A DNA stretch of 64,000 bases, taken from positions 204,459 to 268,458 of the IMG/VR virus record IMGVR_UViG_3300023053_000001; one strand, given 5' to 3'. Below are positions 46,254 through 56,276 of this stretch, one piece after another. Source of the DNA: a virus. Its lineage: Duplodnaviria > Caudoviricetes. The notes beneath the pieces were generated by a model. It did no database searches. It was given only the letters and a program-made list of their open reading frames with translations, and was not told where the DNA came from. Made by a program: the position numbers and the translations under genes. The number at the start of each line of letters is the position of its first letter. Position 1 is the stretch's first letter.

Positions 46254-48323
46254 ATGAACACTAACAACCAACTTCGTCCCGAAGTGTTGGCAATGGCGGC
46301 ACTGCAACCTTTCCCTGGGAAGGTAGCCAACTCCCGTATGCAGATGATGGGGTCCCACGTCAGTCAGGCGCTGGTGATCAAGGGGGCGACGACCCGCCGG
46401 ATTCTGACGGGCGTCGAGCGTGAGTTCGGCCGCTTCACGTTCAGCGTGAAGATGCCGGTCAATGCAGAGATTCTGCGCGTCATCCCGAAGTACCGCCCTA
46501 GTGTGGGCCGCAATGCAATCCGTGAGAACCCCTTGGATGTGGTGGTTTACATGGACATGGAAACTGGTGAGTTGGGCGTGCTGCAAATCCCATCTTTCAG
46601 TGCACGTCACCAGCACTTCGGCTTCCGTTACAAGGACCGTGCGATCCGCCGGATGTTGCACGAGCCGGGCATTGCCATCGAAGCAGGTACGATCATTGCC
46701 GACTCGCCCAACGTGGATGAGCTGGGCAACTATCGTATCGGCATTGAAACCAATGTCCTGTTCGCCTCGATGCCGGGCATCATTGAAGACGGCGTCATCG
46801 TCTCTGATGAATACGTCGAACGACTGACGGCCACGGGCTTTGAAACCCGCACCGCCAGCTTCGGCGCCAAGATGTTCCCGCTCAACCTGTACGGTGATGA
46901 GACCGAGTACAAGCCGTTCCCGGACATCGGGTCGGTCGTGCGCGATGACGGTCTGCTCTTTGCCATGCGTCACTACGATCCGCTGATGGCGGCTATCGAC
47001 ATGACGCCTGAAGCACTGCGACAGGTGAACTACAGTTTCGATCAGCGCGTCTATGCTGAACCCGGTGCCAAGGTGGTGGACGTCAACGTCCGTTACGGTG
47101 CGCGTCCGGGTAAGTCCACCATTCCGGTGGCCATGGAAGCCCAGGCCAAGCGTTACTACGAGCTGACCCTGAACTTCTACGAAGCGCTGATGGCGGAGTA
47201 CACCAAGCAGCGCAAGCTGACGGGTAAAGATCCGCGCATCACTCCCGAGTTCCATCGCCTGTTGGTGGAGGGCCTGATCTATCGCCCCGATCCGAATCGT
47301 TCGCGCGCTACGCTGATCTACAAGCTGCAGCCGCTGGACGAATGGCGTGTGGATGTCACCTTCGAGTATCCGGTCAAGCCGGTAGTCGGGTCCAAGCTGA
47401 CCGGCTTCTCTGGCGATAAGGGCGTGATCTGTCAGATCCGTCCCAAGGCGGACATGCCGGTGGACCAGGAAGGTAACGTGGCCGATGCAGTGATGGACGG
47501 TGACTCGACGATCAAGCGCATGAACACCTCGCGCATGTACGAACAGTACCTGAACATCACCAGTCGCACGGTGACCAACTACATCCGCAACATGGCGCCC
47601 AAGACCGAGGCGCAGTACAAGGCGGCGTGGGATTACGTGCTGGGCTACTACGAGATCGTCAGCCCGCGCTTTGCAGTGATCCTGCGCACCGAGTACGACC
47701 TGGGCCCGCGCTTCCACATCGACGCCATCATCAGGGACGGGATCTACCTGTGGTATCCGACGGACAATCCGGTGTACGCACCGGACATGATCCGTCAACT
47801 GCAGGCCAAGTACCCGGTCCTGCATGCACCGGTGACCTACCGCGGCATGTCGGGCAAGATGCGTACCACCAAGAAGCCGATGTTCATCGGCAGCATCTAC
47901 GTGATGCTGTTGGAGAAAACGGGTGTGGACTGCTCGGGTGTGGCCTCGGCCAAGCTCAACCACTTCGGCCTGACTGCCAAACTGACCAACGCAGACAAGT
48001 ATTCCTCCCCGCGTCGTCCGCAGCCGGTTCGCGGCGTGGGTGAATCGGAAGGTCGTCTGCTGGTGGCAACGATCGGTTCGGACATGACCGCTGAGATTCT
48101 GGAAATGTCCTGCTCCCCGCAGACCCACAAGAACGTGGTGCGCAACATCCTGCGTGCGGAGAAGCCGACCGACATCGATGCGGTGGTCGATCGTACTGTG
48201 GCCCCGCGTGGCCATAACCGCAGTCTCATCTACATCAAGCACTCGCTGCAGTGCATGGGTGTGGAGTTCCACGTTACCCCGGCAGACGATGCCGAACCTG
48301 TCATCTACCCGGAGAAGTCGTAA
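46254..48323 (+). CDS. nvRNAP beta-like C-terminal subunit (phiKZ gp71-73-like), uninterrupted
   Basis: NSRMQMMGSHVSQ, GIIEDGVIVS, GSKLTGFSGDKGVI, SSTIKRMN-like DSTIKRMN, QPVRGVGESE (RpoB-type motifs). Confidence 0.92.
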   Translation: MNTNNQLRPEVLAMAALQPFPGKVANSRMQMMGSHVSQALVIKGATTRRILTGVEREFGRFTFSVKMPVNAEILRVIPKYRPSVGRNAIRENPLDVVVYMDMETGELGVLQIPSFSARHQHFGFRYKDRAIRRMLHEPGIAIEAGTIIADSPNVDELGNYRIGIETNVLFASMPGIIEDGVIVSDEYVERLTATGFETRTASFGAKMFPLNLYGDETEYKPFPDIGSVVRDDGLLFAMRHYDPLMAAIDMTPEALRQVNYSFDQRVYAEPGAKVVDVNVRYGARPGKSTIPVAMEAQAKRYYELTLNFYEALMAEYTKQRKLTGKDPRITPEFHRLLVEGLIYRPDPNRSRATLIYKLQPLDEWRVDVTFEYPVKPVVGSKLTGFSGDKGVICQIRPKADMPVDQEGNVADAVMDGDSTIKRMNTSRMYEQYLNITSRTVTNYIRNMAPKTEAQYKAAWDYVLGYYEIVSPRFAVILRTEYDLGPRFHIDAIIRDGIYLWYPTDNPVYAPDMIRQLQAKYPVLHAPVTYRGMSGKMRTTKKPMFIGSIYVMLLEKTGVDCSGVASAKLNHFGLTAKLTNADKYSSPRRPQPVRGVGESEGRLLVATIGSDMTAEILEMSCSPQTHKNVVRNILRAEKPTDIDAVVDRTVAPRGHNRSLIYIKHSLQCMGVEFHVTPADDAEPVIYPEKS

Positions 48324-50272
48324 TGCTGAGGTTGCATGCCCGTGAACTTGCGGCCATGACTGACGAACAGCGCTGGGCACTGGATGTAGGTCAGCCTCCA
48401 CAGGCACCGATGGAAGTGATGTTTGACGATGGGGTGTTGCTCACCACCATCCGCAAGAGCATCTACTCCTCGTACATGTGGGACTCCTACATCCACTACC
48501 CCAATGGTCCTGCGCTGCAACGTCATCACATTGGTAACGCACGCTTGGGAATGGATACCCACCTGGAGCTGATGAATCGGGTGCTCTGGGATACCTTCGA
48601 CGCCTATCGCGGCGTGTTGGATCTGGAACTGATGTGCCGGCAGATCTATCAGGCCATCAACCGTTTGTACAACGTGCTGACGTACAACTTGGAGGAGTAC
48701 ATCACCTCCATTTCGATCCTGGACTTCATCGGCGTCTCTGAACATCCCAAGATCAAGGAGATCGTCGCCAACACCGAACCCACCAGCTTCTCGGTGGAGA
48801 ACTACTGCTATCCCAAGGCCAAGGACGTCATTCTCAATGACTCCAGCCTGAACGATAATGCCGTAGCCATCGTGGCCCGCAATGGCCTGGTGTCGATGGG
48901 TCAGGTGTTGCAGACCTGTGTGGTCCGTGGTGCGGTGGCGGACATCGATGAGCGGATCTTCCGCCATCCGATCATGTCCAACTTCACCTCTGGTCTGGAT
49001 CAGTTCCACGACTCGCTCACCGAGTCGCGCTCGGCGGCCAAGGCGCTCAGCTTCACCCAAGAGCCGCTGCAGGAAGTGGAGTATTTCAACCGCAAGATGC
49101 AGCTGATGGCAGGCGTGGTGATGCGTTTGCATCGCGGCGACTGTGGCAGCAAGCATTACATCCGTTGGCACGTGCACTCCGGCGATCTGGCCAAGCTGGC
49201 CGGTCACTACTACGAGGGCGAAGATGGCACGCTGCACGTCATCAGTACCTCGGACAAGCACCTGATCGGCAAGACCATCATGAAGCGCTCCACGCTTCTG
49301 TGCGTCCATCCGGACCCGCAGGGTGTCTGTGCTGCGTGTATGGGTCAGTTGAGCCTCAGCGTGCCGCTGGGGGACAATCCGGGCCACTTCTCCGCTACGG
49401 CGATGGGTGAGCAGGCTGCGCAGCGCGTGCTGTCCACCAAGCATCTGGATGGTAACTCTTCGGCCACCGGTAAGGAGCTGACCAGCTACGAGCAGAAGTT
49501 CCTCCGTACCGAGGAGGACACCAACATCCTGAAGGTCTCTCGAGATCTGATGGGCAAAAAGGTACTGCTCACGCTCAACGGTAAGGAAGCCGAACAGCTC
49601 TCGGACGTGACGTATGTGGAACGGGTCACCGATCTGCAGACCGGTCAGATCACCTCGCTCACCGAGGTGCTGTTCACCACGCTCCATGACAACGGTAACA
49701 ACGAGCGTTCCAACATCACGGTGAATGTGGGCTCCCGTCACCCCAGCCTGACCCACGAGGCATTGGCCTACGTCAAGGAAAAGAGCTGGTCGCTGGATGC
49801 CAACGGTAACGTGGTGATCGACCTGACGGACTGGAACAACGACCATCCGTTGTTCGAGCTGCCGTTGCGACATGTCAACATGCTGGATTCTATGAAGAGT
49901 ATCGAGCGCTTTATGCGCGCCTCGGCTTCTTCGAGCGACTCCGGCAGCGGTCCGACGTTGCGTGATTACAACACGATGGAAGAAGCACTGCGGGCGTTCT
50001 ACGAGCTGGTCACCTCGATGCTGTCGGTCAACATGGCACATCTGGAGATCCTGCTCAAGTCGCTCACGATCCGCAGTGAGGAACATCGTGACTACCGCCT
50101 GCCGCGTGTGGGCAATGCGTTCGTGGTGGGTGCGTTCGATACCATCATCGAGAATCGTAGCCTCTCGGCTGCGATGGCCTACGAGAAGCATCGTCAGGTG
50201 CTCACCTCCACGACCACGCTGCTCAACAAGCACCGGCCGGATCATCCGTTGGACGCCCTGATGGTGGGCTAA
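48323..50272 (+). CDS. nvRNAP beta'-like C-terminal subunit (649 aa; phiKZ gp74-like)
   Basis: TAATG overlap; ESRSAAKAL, DCGS, Zn site CVHPDPQGVCAACMG, QRVLSTKH, VNMAHLEI. Confidence 0.92.
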   Translation: MLRLHARELAAMTDEQRWALDVGQPPQAPMEVMFDDGVLLTTIRKSIYSSYMWDSYIHYPNGPALQRHHIGNARLGMDTHLELMNRVLWDTFDAYRGVLDLELMCRQIYQAINRLYNVLTYNLEEYITSISILDFIGVSEHPKIKEIVANTEPTSFSVENYCYPKAKDVILNDSSLNDNAVAIVARNGLVSMGQVLQTCVVRGAVADIDERIFRHPIMSNFTSGLDQFHDSLTESRSAAKALSFTQEPLQEVEYFNRKMQLMAGVVMRLHRGDCGSKHYIRWHVHSGDLAKLAGHYYEGEDGTLHVISTSDKHLIGKTIMKRSTLLCVHPDPQGVCAACMGQLSLSVPLGDNPGHFSATAMGEQAAQRVLSTKHLDGNSSATGKELTSYEQKFLRTEEDTNILKVSRDLMGKKVLLTLNGKEAEQLSDVTYVERVTDLQTGQITSLTEVLFTTLHDNGNNERSNITVNVGSRHPSLTHEALAYVKEKSWSLDANGNVVIDLTDWNNDHPLFELPLRHVNMLDSMKSIERFMRASASSSDSGSGPTLRDYNTMEEALRAFYELVTSMLSVNMAHLEILLKSLTIRSEEHRDYRLPRVGNAFVVGAFDTIIENRSLSAAMAYEKHRQVLTSTTTLLNKHRPDHPLDALMVG

Positions 50273-50288
50273 AACGGATGGCATGGTA

Positions 50289-50312
50289 CTGGGGCTCCGC
50301 AAGGGGCCCCAG
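50289..50312 (+). terminator. Stem-loop with GCAA loop
   Basis: ctggggctcc-gcaa-ggggccccag. Confidence 0.65.
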
Positions 50313-50348
50313 CACTTGCGCTTTTCGTTTTAGCCATGGGAGATTAAG

Positions 50349-51896
50349 ATGACGGACATGTCCCGTCCCAATGCCCGTTTTGATCTGTACTCCCACTTCA
50401 TCAAGATTACTGATTTTAGCCCGATGGTTAAGATCGCCTTGCAGGAGTATAGCTACCGCCTCACCCAGTGGGGTACGGAGCGACGAGGTCAGGTCAACGT
50501 TCGTGTCGAGAAGTGCGTCTACCGGGCCATGACCCAAGACGAAACTGAAATGCGTCTGCACATCAATCAGCTGGAAGATGTGCTACGTCATCTGGAGTCG
50601 TACGGTATCTTGCGTCAATCCATTGCGATGGTGCGGCATGAGATGTACGAGCCAGTGAAGGCTACCTTCAAATTCAAATCGCCCAAGGAACCCCGTGACC
50701 ATCAGCCGATGATCATTGGATACCTGACTGCGCCTCCCGTGGAGGGTTACGCACCTTCCAAGGTGGTGACGCTGCAGACAGGTAAGGGTAAGGGCTTTGT
50801 CACGTTCAAGTCCTTGGTGGAAATCGGTCAACGCACACTGCTGACCGTCAAGGGCATGTACGCGGTTAAATGGGAAGAGGAATACGATGAGATGTACGAG
50901 CGAGAGGACGGCGACGTCCTGATCGTGGATGGCAGTGACAAGCTCCGTAAGCTCATTCAGTGGGCGCGCGAGGGAAGTGTCAAGGCCAAGTTCATCATCA
51001 TCACCCTCGGCACCATGCGCATGTTCATGCAGACCTACGAGGTCTACAACGGCAACATGGATGTCTACGGCTGTACGCCAGAAGAGCTGTGGGAGATGTT
51101 GGGGATCGGTGTGCACCTCACTGACGAGGCGCACATGGAGCACCACTGCATCTACCGCATCGACCTCTTCAGTCACGTCCCGCTGTCGATCTTCCTGTCG
51201 GCAACGCTGGAATCTGACGACCAGTTCATGAACCAGATGTACGAGACCCAGTGGCCCAAACCCACCCGGTCTCCGAAGGTGCCACACCACAAGTACATCA
51301 AGGTGTACAACATCTGGTACTCGGTCGACAACATGAAGGGCATTCGCTACAAGAACTTCATGAAACAGTACAACCACCCGCTGTATGAGCAGTCGATCAT
51401 GAAGCGACCGCAAATGCTGGACAACTACTATGAGATGAATAAGAGCATCATGAACACGCTCTACTTCAACGATCGGAAAGTTGGCCAGAAGGCGCTGGTG
51501 TTCTGCGCAACCAAGGAAATGTGTACTGATTTCCGTGATCGCTTCCAAAGCGATTATCCCGACCTGAAGATCGGTCGGTACATCGACGTAGATCCCAAGA
51601 CCGTACTCGCTGAGTCGGACATGGTCATCACCACGCTCAAGTCTGCCGGTACGGCCATTGACGTTCCCAACCTCACCCGAGTGTTGTGCACGCACAATGT
51701 GTCCTCCAAGCAGGCCAACGAGCAGGCGGTGGGTCGATTGCGCGAGATCAAGAACTGGCCGGATGAAACCCCGATCTTCACCTTCATCTCCGCACGCAAC
51801 GTTGACACGCACTGCAAGTACGCTGCGGAAAAGGCCGGTAAGTTGGACGGTAAGGTTCTGAGTTATCAGGACTTCCAGTCCCGCTACCGCATCTAG
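50349..51896 (+). CDS. Superfamily 2 (DEAD/DEAH-like) helicase (515 aa; phiKZ gp75-like)
   Basis: Motif I LQTGKGK, II HLTDEAH, III LSATL, V GTAIDVPNL, VI QAVGRLR. Confidence 0.92.
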   Translation: MTDMSRPNARFDLYSHFIKITDFSPMVKIALQEYSYRLTQWGTERRGQVNVRVEKCVYRAMTQDETEMRLHINQLEDVLRHLESYGILRQSIAMVRHEMYEPVKATFKFKSPKEPRDHQPMIIGYLTAPPVEGYAPSKVVTLQTGKGKGFVTFKSLVEIGQRTLLTVKGMYAVKWEEEYDEMYEREDGDVLIVDGSDKLRKLIQWAREGSVKAKFIIITLGTMRMFMQTYEVYNGNMDVYGCTPEELWEMLGIGVHLTDEAHMEHHCIYRIDLFSHVPLSIFLSATLESDDQFMNQMYETQWPKPTRSPKVPHHKYIKVYNIWYSVDNMKGIRYKNFMKQYNHPLYEQSIMKRPQMLDNYYEMNKSIMNTLYFNDRKVGQKALVFCATKEMCTDFRDRFQSDYPDLKIGRYIDVDPKTVLAESDMVITTLKSAGTAIDVPNLTRVLCTHNVSSKQANEQAVGRLREIKNWPDETPIFTFISARNVDTHCKYAAEKAGKLDGKVLSYQDFQSRYRI

Positions 51897-51933
51897 TGAT
51901 ACGGGGAGGGTCACCTCCCCTTGAGAGAATCCC

Positions 51934-52524
51934 ATGGACCAGAATCCCGATAACGGCATGCCCCTGGAAAAGGCCGAGTTCACCAACTCGATCAAATACC
52001 CCACCTTCGTCGAAGCGCTTCATGACTTCCGGGTGAGTCCGGATCGACTGCGCAGCTACCTGGCCCATCGCATCAGCGAACCCCAGTCGGTGACCGAGCA
52101 GATCGCTTACGATCCGATCTTCGAAGGTGAGATGCTGCAGTGCCTGGTCCCGGTCAACCGTCGCGAGTTCTACTGCGAACTGGTGACAGCGTATCTGGTC
52201 ATGGCGCTGAGCCCGCGCAACTACACCGCTCTGCTCCGGCTCGACGGTGTGACGATGTACTGCGCTGTGCTGGACTACGTGTACGAGCAGCAGTATGTGG
52301 AGTTGCGTGAAACCCCACAGTCCCTGCAGGTCAACACGCTGTTCAAGATCCTGTACCGCATGGCGCAGGTGATCGAAGGCACCGACACCAAGCACGACGT
52401 TGAAGTTCGCTTCAATGACCTGCTCAACGAGGTGGAGTTGCCGCTGAACCAGTTCAAGATGTTGCTGGAAGAGTTCGACCGCGTGCAGTGCATCAAGGCG
52501 CCGCCGGAGTTGCTCAAGAGCTGA
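51934..52524 (+). CDS. Conserved hypothetical protein (196 aa)
   Basis: RBS gaga; codon bias. Confidence 0.75.
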   Translation: MDQNPDNGMPLEKAEFTNSIKYPTFVEALHDFRVSPDRLRSYLAHRISEPQSVTEQIAYDPIFEGEMLQCLVPVNRREFYCELVTAYLVMALSPRNYTALLRLDGVTMYCAVLDYVYEQQYVELRETPQSLQVNTLFKILYRMAQVIEGTDTKHDVEVRFNDLLNEVELPLNQFKMLLEEFDRVQCIKAPPELLKS

Positions 52525-52567
52525 CATAGACCCCTCCACCCCGCAAAGGGTGGAGGGGCTTATGCCG
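52525..52567. terminator. Bidirectional terminator flanked by CATA and TATGCCG
   Basis: cataga-cccctccaccc-cgcaaa-gggtggagggg-cttatgccg. Confidence 0.8.
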
Positions 52568-52577
52568 TTCTTTTTTC

Positions 52578-54449
52578 TTATGCCTCTTCTTCCTCATCCT
52601 CGTCTTCGTCTTCATCCTCCTCATCGTAAGCGTCCTGTTCAGCCATGGCCACGAAATCATCGGCCTGCTGACGCAGATACTCACTCTGATAGTTGACGAC
52701 GTCATCCGGGTCTTCACCAGCCAGGTGAGCACGGAAGTCGGCGAGCATGCGTTCCATCGACGGGGCGTTGTACATTGCCACGCAGATCTCCACCGCATTG
52801 ACGTTACCGCCGGAGAGGTTGATGCCCACAGCACGTTGGATCGCTTCGGGCTTACCCACGATCTTGCACACTTCCTTGGCCGTGGTTGCCTTCTCGATGT
52901 TCATCGAGACCTGTTCGTTGGGGTAAGTACCCTCCACGTCCAGATCGGCCACGTGGGCCCGCATGAGCGTTGCCAGATCCGGCCATTCCTTGATCGCCTT
53001 GACGCCGGTGTCAGCGACCAGGTGAGACGGCAGGGTGACAATCCAGTGACGCAGACTGACCGTGTGCTGATCGTTGTCGTCTTGCATCTTGTCCGAGGTC
53101 GAGGCGATGACCCAGCCCTTCTCCAGACATTCAAAATGCAAGTCGTCACAGGTACGGCGCGGCTGACTGCCGAAGTTTCGATATTCCGATGGTCCGGACA
53201 TCGAGGAGATCATGCGCTTCAGGTCGGTGGTCTGCTCATCCAGCAACTCCAACGCGATACAGTCGAAGATGTTGTAGACGCAGTATTCGGCCTTGAAGGT
53301 CGTGCGCATGTAATCATGCCAGTCCTTCCCCTTGACGTGGTCGGCCTGACTGAACTTCAGCTTACGCATCCCCAGCTCTTTGTTGAGGATGAAGTCCAGC
53401 GAATACTTCGGTTCCTTACCCTTGGCGATACGCAGCTTCAGGTAAGTACACATCGAGTCGATGATGTAGAACGAGGCCGGGCAGTCGGCGGTATGCCATA
53501 ACTCGGCCGGGCTCAACGCCATCTGTTTACCCGAGGCAGTGATCTTCTTCGGGTTGCCTTCGATGTAGTTGAAGAACCGGTACTTCTGCGGTACCGCCGG
53601 ATCGGAGTAGACCTGCGCCAAATCGTAGCCGCCATCGGTCAGAACCTGATTGATCTTCTTGATGTCGAAGTTCATGTTCCACACGTTCAGGAAGTCCGGC
53701 TTCCATTCGTGGGCTTTCTGGATCAGGTTGTAACACAGGTCCGCTTCGGTCTTGGCGTATTCGATGACGATCTTCAAATTGCGCTGGGCAATCAGGTTGG
53801 CCGTCTTGGTCTCGCCGGTCTTTTTGTCGATGTACTCAAAGTCACCCAGGTAGCGTTCGCAGGCCTGCATGATCTCCTTGGTGGGATCAGGATGACCTTC
53901 GAAGTAGCTTTCCATGACCACCAGATGCACGTTCTCCTTCATCGTGAGGGAGCCCATGATCATCTTCTTGTCTTTGTCCTTCTCCTCGGTGGTGGTTTCA
54001 ATATCGAGGGAGCACACCGAGTTATCGGTTTGGTACGTGGGGTAGCGGCGCTGCCACTCGTGCTTGAACAACACCGGAGTGGTGACGTCACAGCCATAGA
54101 CGTACGGGTCACGGCAAGCCATACGCAGCGAGCCATTCTTCGGGGCTCGGCCCATGGAACGGGCGATGTTGCGTACGAGGTTGATCTGAGTGGAGGTCTG
54201 CCGGCGCAGCTTGGCGCTCTTCTCGGCAAACTTCTTGTCCTTGTGGTTTCGGTGGGCTTCTTGGGTCACCCAGTACGGGCGTTTGAAGTTCTCCACCACC
54301 AACATGTGCGGCACCCGAGACCCGTCAGCACGGGTCAGGTACTCTTTGATGACGATCGCGTCGTCATATGACCCGTCGTTAGCTGTCGTGTAAATGCCGT
54401 GCTTCATCTCACGACCGACGATCGGGTTAGAGTCTACAGTTTGGTTCAT
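52578..54449 (-). CDS. Family B DNA polymerase, N-terminal subunit: 3'-5' exonuclease plus motif A (phiKZ gp82-like)
   Basis: ExoI SLDIETT, ExoII WNMNFD, ExoIII YNIFDC, motif A ADLDVEGTYPN; acidic tail; likely start MNQTVD at 54449. Confidence 0.88.
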   Translation of the reverse strand: MNQTVDSNPIVGREMKHGIYTTANDGSYDDAIVIKEYLTRADGSRVPHMLVVENFKRPYWVTQEAHRNHKDKKFAEKSAKLRRQTSTQINLVRNIARSMGRAPKNGSLRMACRDPYVYGCDVTTPVLFKHEWQRRYPTYQTDNSVCSLDIETTTEEKDKDKKMIMGSLTMKENVHLVVMESYFEGHPDPTKEIMQACERYLGDFEYIDKKTGETKTANLIAQRNLKIVIEYAKTEADLCYNLIQKAHEWKPDFLNVWNMNFDIKKINQVLTDGGYDLAQVYSDPAVPQKYRFFNYIEGNPKKITASGKQMALSPAELWHTADCPASFYIIDSMCTYLKLRIAKGKEPKYSLDFILNKELGMRKLKFSQADHVKGKDWHDYMRTTFKAEYCVYNIFDCIALELLDEQTTDLKRMISSMSGPSEYRNFGSQPRRTCDDLHFECLEKGWVIASTSDKMQDDNDQHTVSLRHWIVTLPSHLVADTGVKAIKEWPDLATLMRAHVADLDVEGTYPNEQVSMNIEKATTAKEVCKIVGKPEAIQRAVGINLSGGNVNAVEICVAMYNAPSMERMLADFRAHLAGEDPDDVVNYQSEYLRQQADDFVAMAEQDAYDEEDEDEDEDEEEEA

Positions 54450-54524
54450 TTCGGTCTTCAAGGTGCCAGTCCACAATATTGATATGAGACATATATTTTC
54501 AACCACCTATGAGCAGGTGATCCC

Positions 54525-55808
54525 ATGAGCACTCTGAAGCAGAACTTCGCCGCCGCCTTCGAGGCGATCGGTTATCAAAAGTCGACGCTGCTGTACAAGG
54601 AGTTGGTCTCCGCACTGACGGAAACCATCGCCGACAACAACGGCAATCCCAAGGAATTCACTGAGCTGAACCTGGGCAAGATCATCCAGCACCACACCGG
54701 CCTGAACATCCGCGTCAAGTCCGGGCGGTTCGTCAATGCCTACGTCTACCCGCCGGTCATCGACATCAACAGCCCGCTGATCGCACACTGGCGCGGCTAC
54801 GGTGAGGAAGCCCTGAAGGAAGTGCGCATCTCGCCGAAGAAGATCGTGCAGATGGGCAGCAAGGGCACCATCGACCTGGAAAACGCCAAGGTCACCGGCG
54901 TGTTCGCCCAGATCCCGATCGACATGGTCGTCGGTACCGGCCTGTGGGTCACCTGCAAAATGAACGCCGAGGAAGTGGCCGCAGTGATCCTCCACGAAGT
55001 GGGTCACGCCTTCACCTTCCTGGAAACCATCATCCTGACCGTCTCGCGCAACATGGCCATCGCCTCGGCCGTGCAGGCTCTGGGTCCGAGCGACGCCATG
55101 GAGCATCGCCTGGAGATCATCTACGAAGCGTCCAAGCGCGGCGCATTCACCGTGGAAGATCCCAAGGCCCTGGCCGATCCCAAGGTGTCCAAGAAGGCCT
55201 TCGAAGCCATCCTGGTCAAGTCGGCCCTGACTGCCCAGCTGCATTCGGCCAGCGATTCGGAAGTGTACGACCTGCGCTCCAGTGAGTTCATGGCCGATCA
55301 GTTCGCTACCCGTCAAGGCGCCGGCTCGGCTCTGGTGACTGGTCTGGACAAGCTGATGACCGGCATGCCCGGCTACAAGCGTGGTCTGTTCGCCCACCTG
55401 CTGGTGCAGGCGTTCTACACCGCCATGCTGATCGTCATGTCCATCGGTGCACCGGTGGCAGTGGGTCTGCTGCTGGGCCTGATGTTGCTCTGCCCGGGTC
55501 TGGATCGTGAAATCTACGATCGCCCGATCGAGCGCGCCACGCGCATCAAGCGTGACATCATCCAGTCGATGAAGGACCCCAACCTGGAGTCGGACGTTCG
55601 CAAGTCCATGCTCAAGGATCTGGAAGTGATCGATGCGATGATCGCTGACCACAAGGATCGTTCGAGCCTGTTCGATGTGGTCTGGACCTCGCTCACCAGC
55701 GGCCGTCGCCACCAGCGGCGTCAGCTGGAAATCCAGCAGCAGCTGGAGAAGCTGATCAACACCGACCTGTTCGCGCATGCGCAGCAGCTCAAGCACCTGT
55801 CCTCGTAA
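54525..55808 (+). CDS. Probable virion protein with an M48-like zinc peptidase motif and a TM hairpin (427 aa)
   Basis: ILHEVGH (HEXXH) and EFMAD; hydrophobic segment near residues 290-325; TATG upstream. Confidence 0.7.
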   Translation: MSTLKQNFAAAFEAIGYQKSTLLYKELVSALTETIADNNGNPKEFTELNLGKIIQHHTGLNIRVKSGRFVNAYVYPPVIDINSPLIAHWRGYGEEALKEVRISPKKIVQMGSKGTIDLENAKVTGVFAQIPIDMVVGTGLWVTCKMNAEEVAAVILHEVGHAFTFLETIILTVSRNMAIASAVQALGPSDAMEHRLEIIYEASKRGAFTVEDPKALADPKVSKKAFEAILVKSALTAQLHSASDSEVYDLRSSEFMADQFATRQGAGSALVTGLDKLMTGMPGYKRGLFAHLLVQAFYTAMLIVMSIGAPVAVGLLLGLMLLCPGLDREIYDRPIERATRIKRDIIQSMKDPNLESDVRKSMLKDLEVIDAMIADHKDRSSLFDVVWTSLTSGRRHQRRQLEIQQQLEKLINTDLFAHAQQLKHLSS

Positions 55809-55824
55809 CCCAAGGTACCTACCC

Positions 55825-56274
55825 ATGAAACTCAATGTTCCCACCATTTCCAAGTCGTTCGAGTCGCTGGGCGTACCGCTGGAAGAGCGCGCGTCGGTGA
55901 CTGCCGTGAGCCTGGCTCGCGCCATCGCTTACATGCTGCAGATCCCGCCGACTGTCTACGAAGACATCGACAGCCACTTCGACAACTTCCATCTGGCCGA
56001 CGTCGAGCGCACCCTGGCGCTGATGAACGAGACCGTGGTCTTCGACATCGACGCTGCTGCCAGCCTGGTCAAGGAAATCTGGCTGTTCCGCTACCGCCTG
56101 GCCCACGATCCGAACACCGAGGCCATGCGCGCCCTGGTCGACTCGCTGTGCAAGACCGCACCCAACCTCCCGCCGCAGGCGCAGGAGTACATCGCCACGG
56201 CCAACCAGAACGGCGCCCTGGATCAGATCGCCTCGGTCGTGCAGGGCGGCATCACTGCTGTTGAAGGGGAGTAA
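55825..56274 (+). CDS. Hypothetical, probably virion protein (149 aa)
   Basis: RBS aaggt; lies in the virion operon. Confidence 0.7.
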   Translation: MKLNVPTISKSFESLGVPLEERASVTAVSLARAIAYMLQIPPTVYEDIDSHFDNFHLADVERTLALMNETVVFDIDAAASLVKEIWLFRYRLAHDPNTEAMRALVDSLCKTAPNLPPQAQEYIATANQNGALDQIASVVQGGITAVEGE

Positions 56275-56276
56275 TC

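Noticed and set aside
48251-48322. ORF-track N-terminal extensions (also 37727, 17080, 16331, 54506, 60201, 10956)
   Set aside because: They overlap upstream genes or terminators; downstream ATGs with RBS or stop-start coupling fit better
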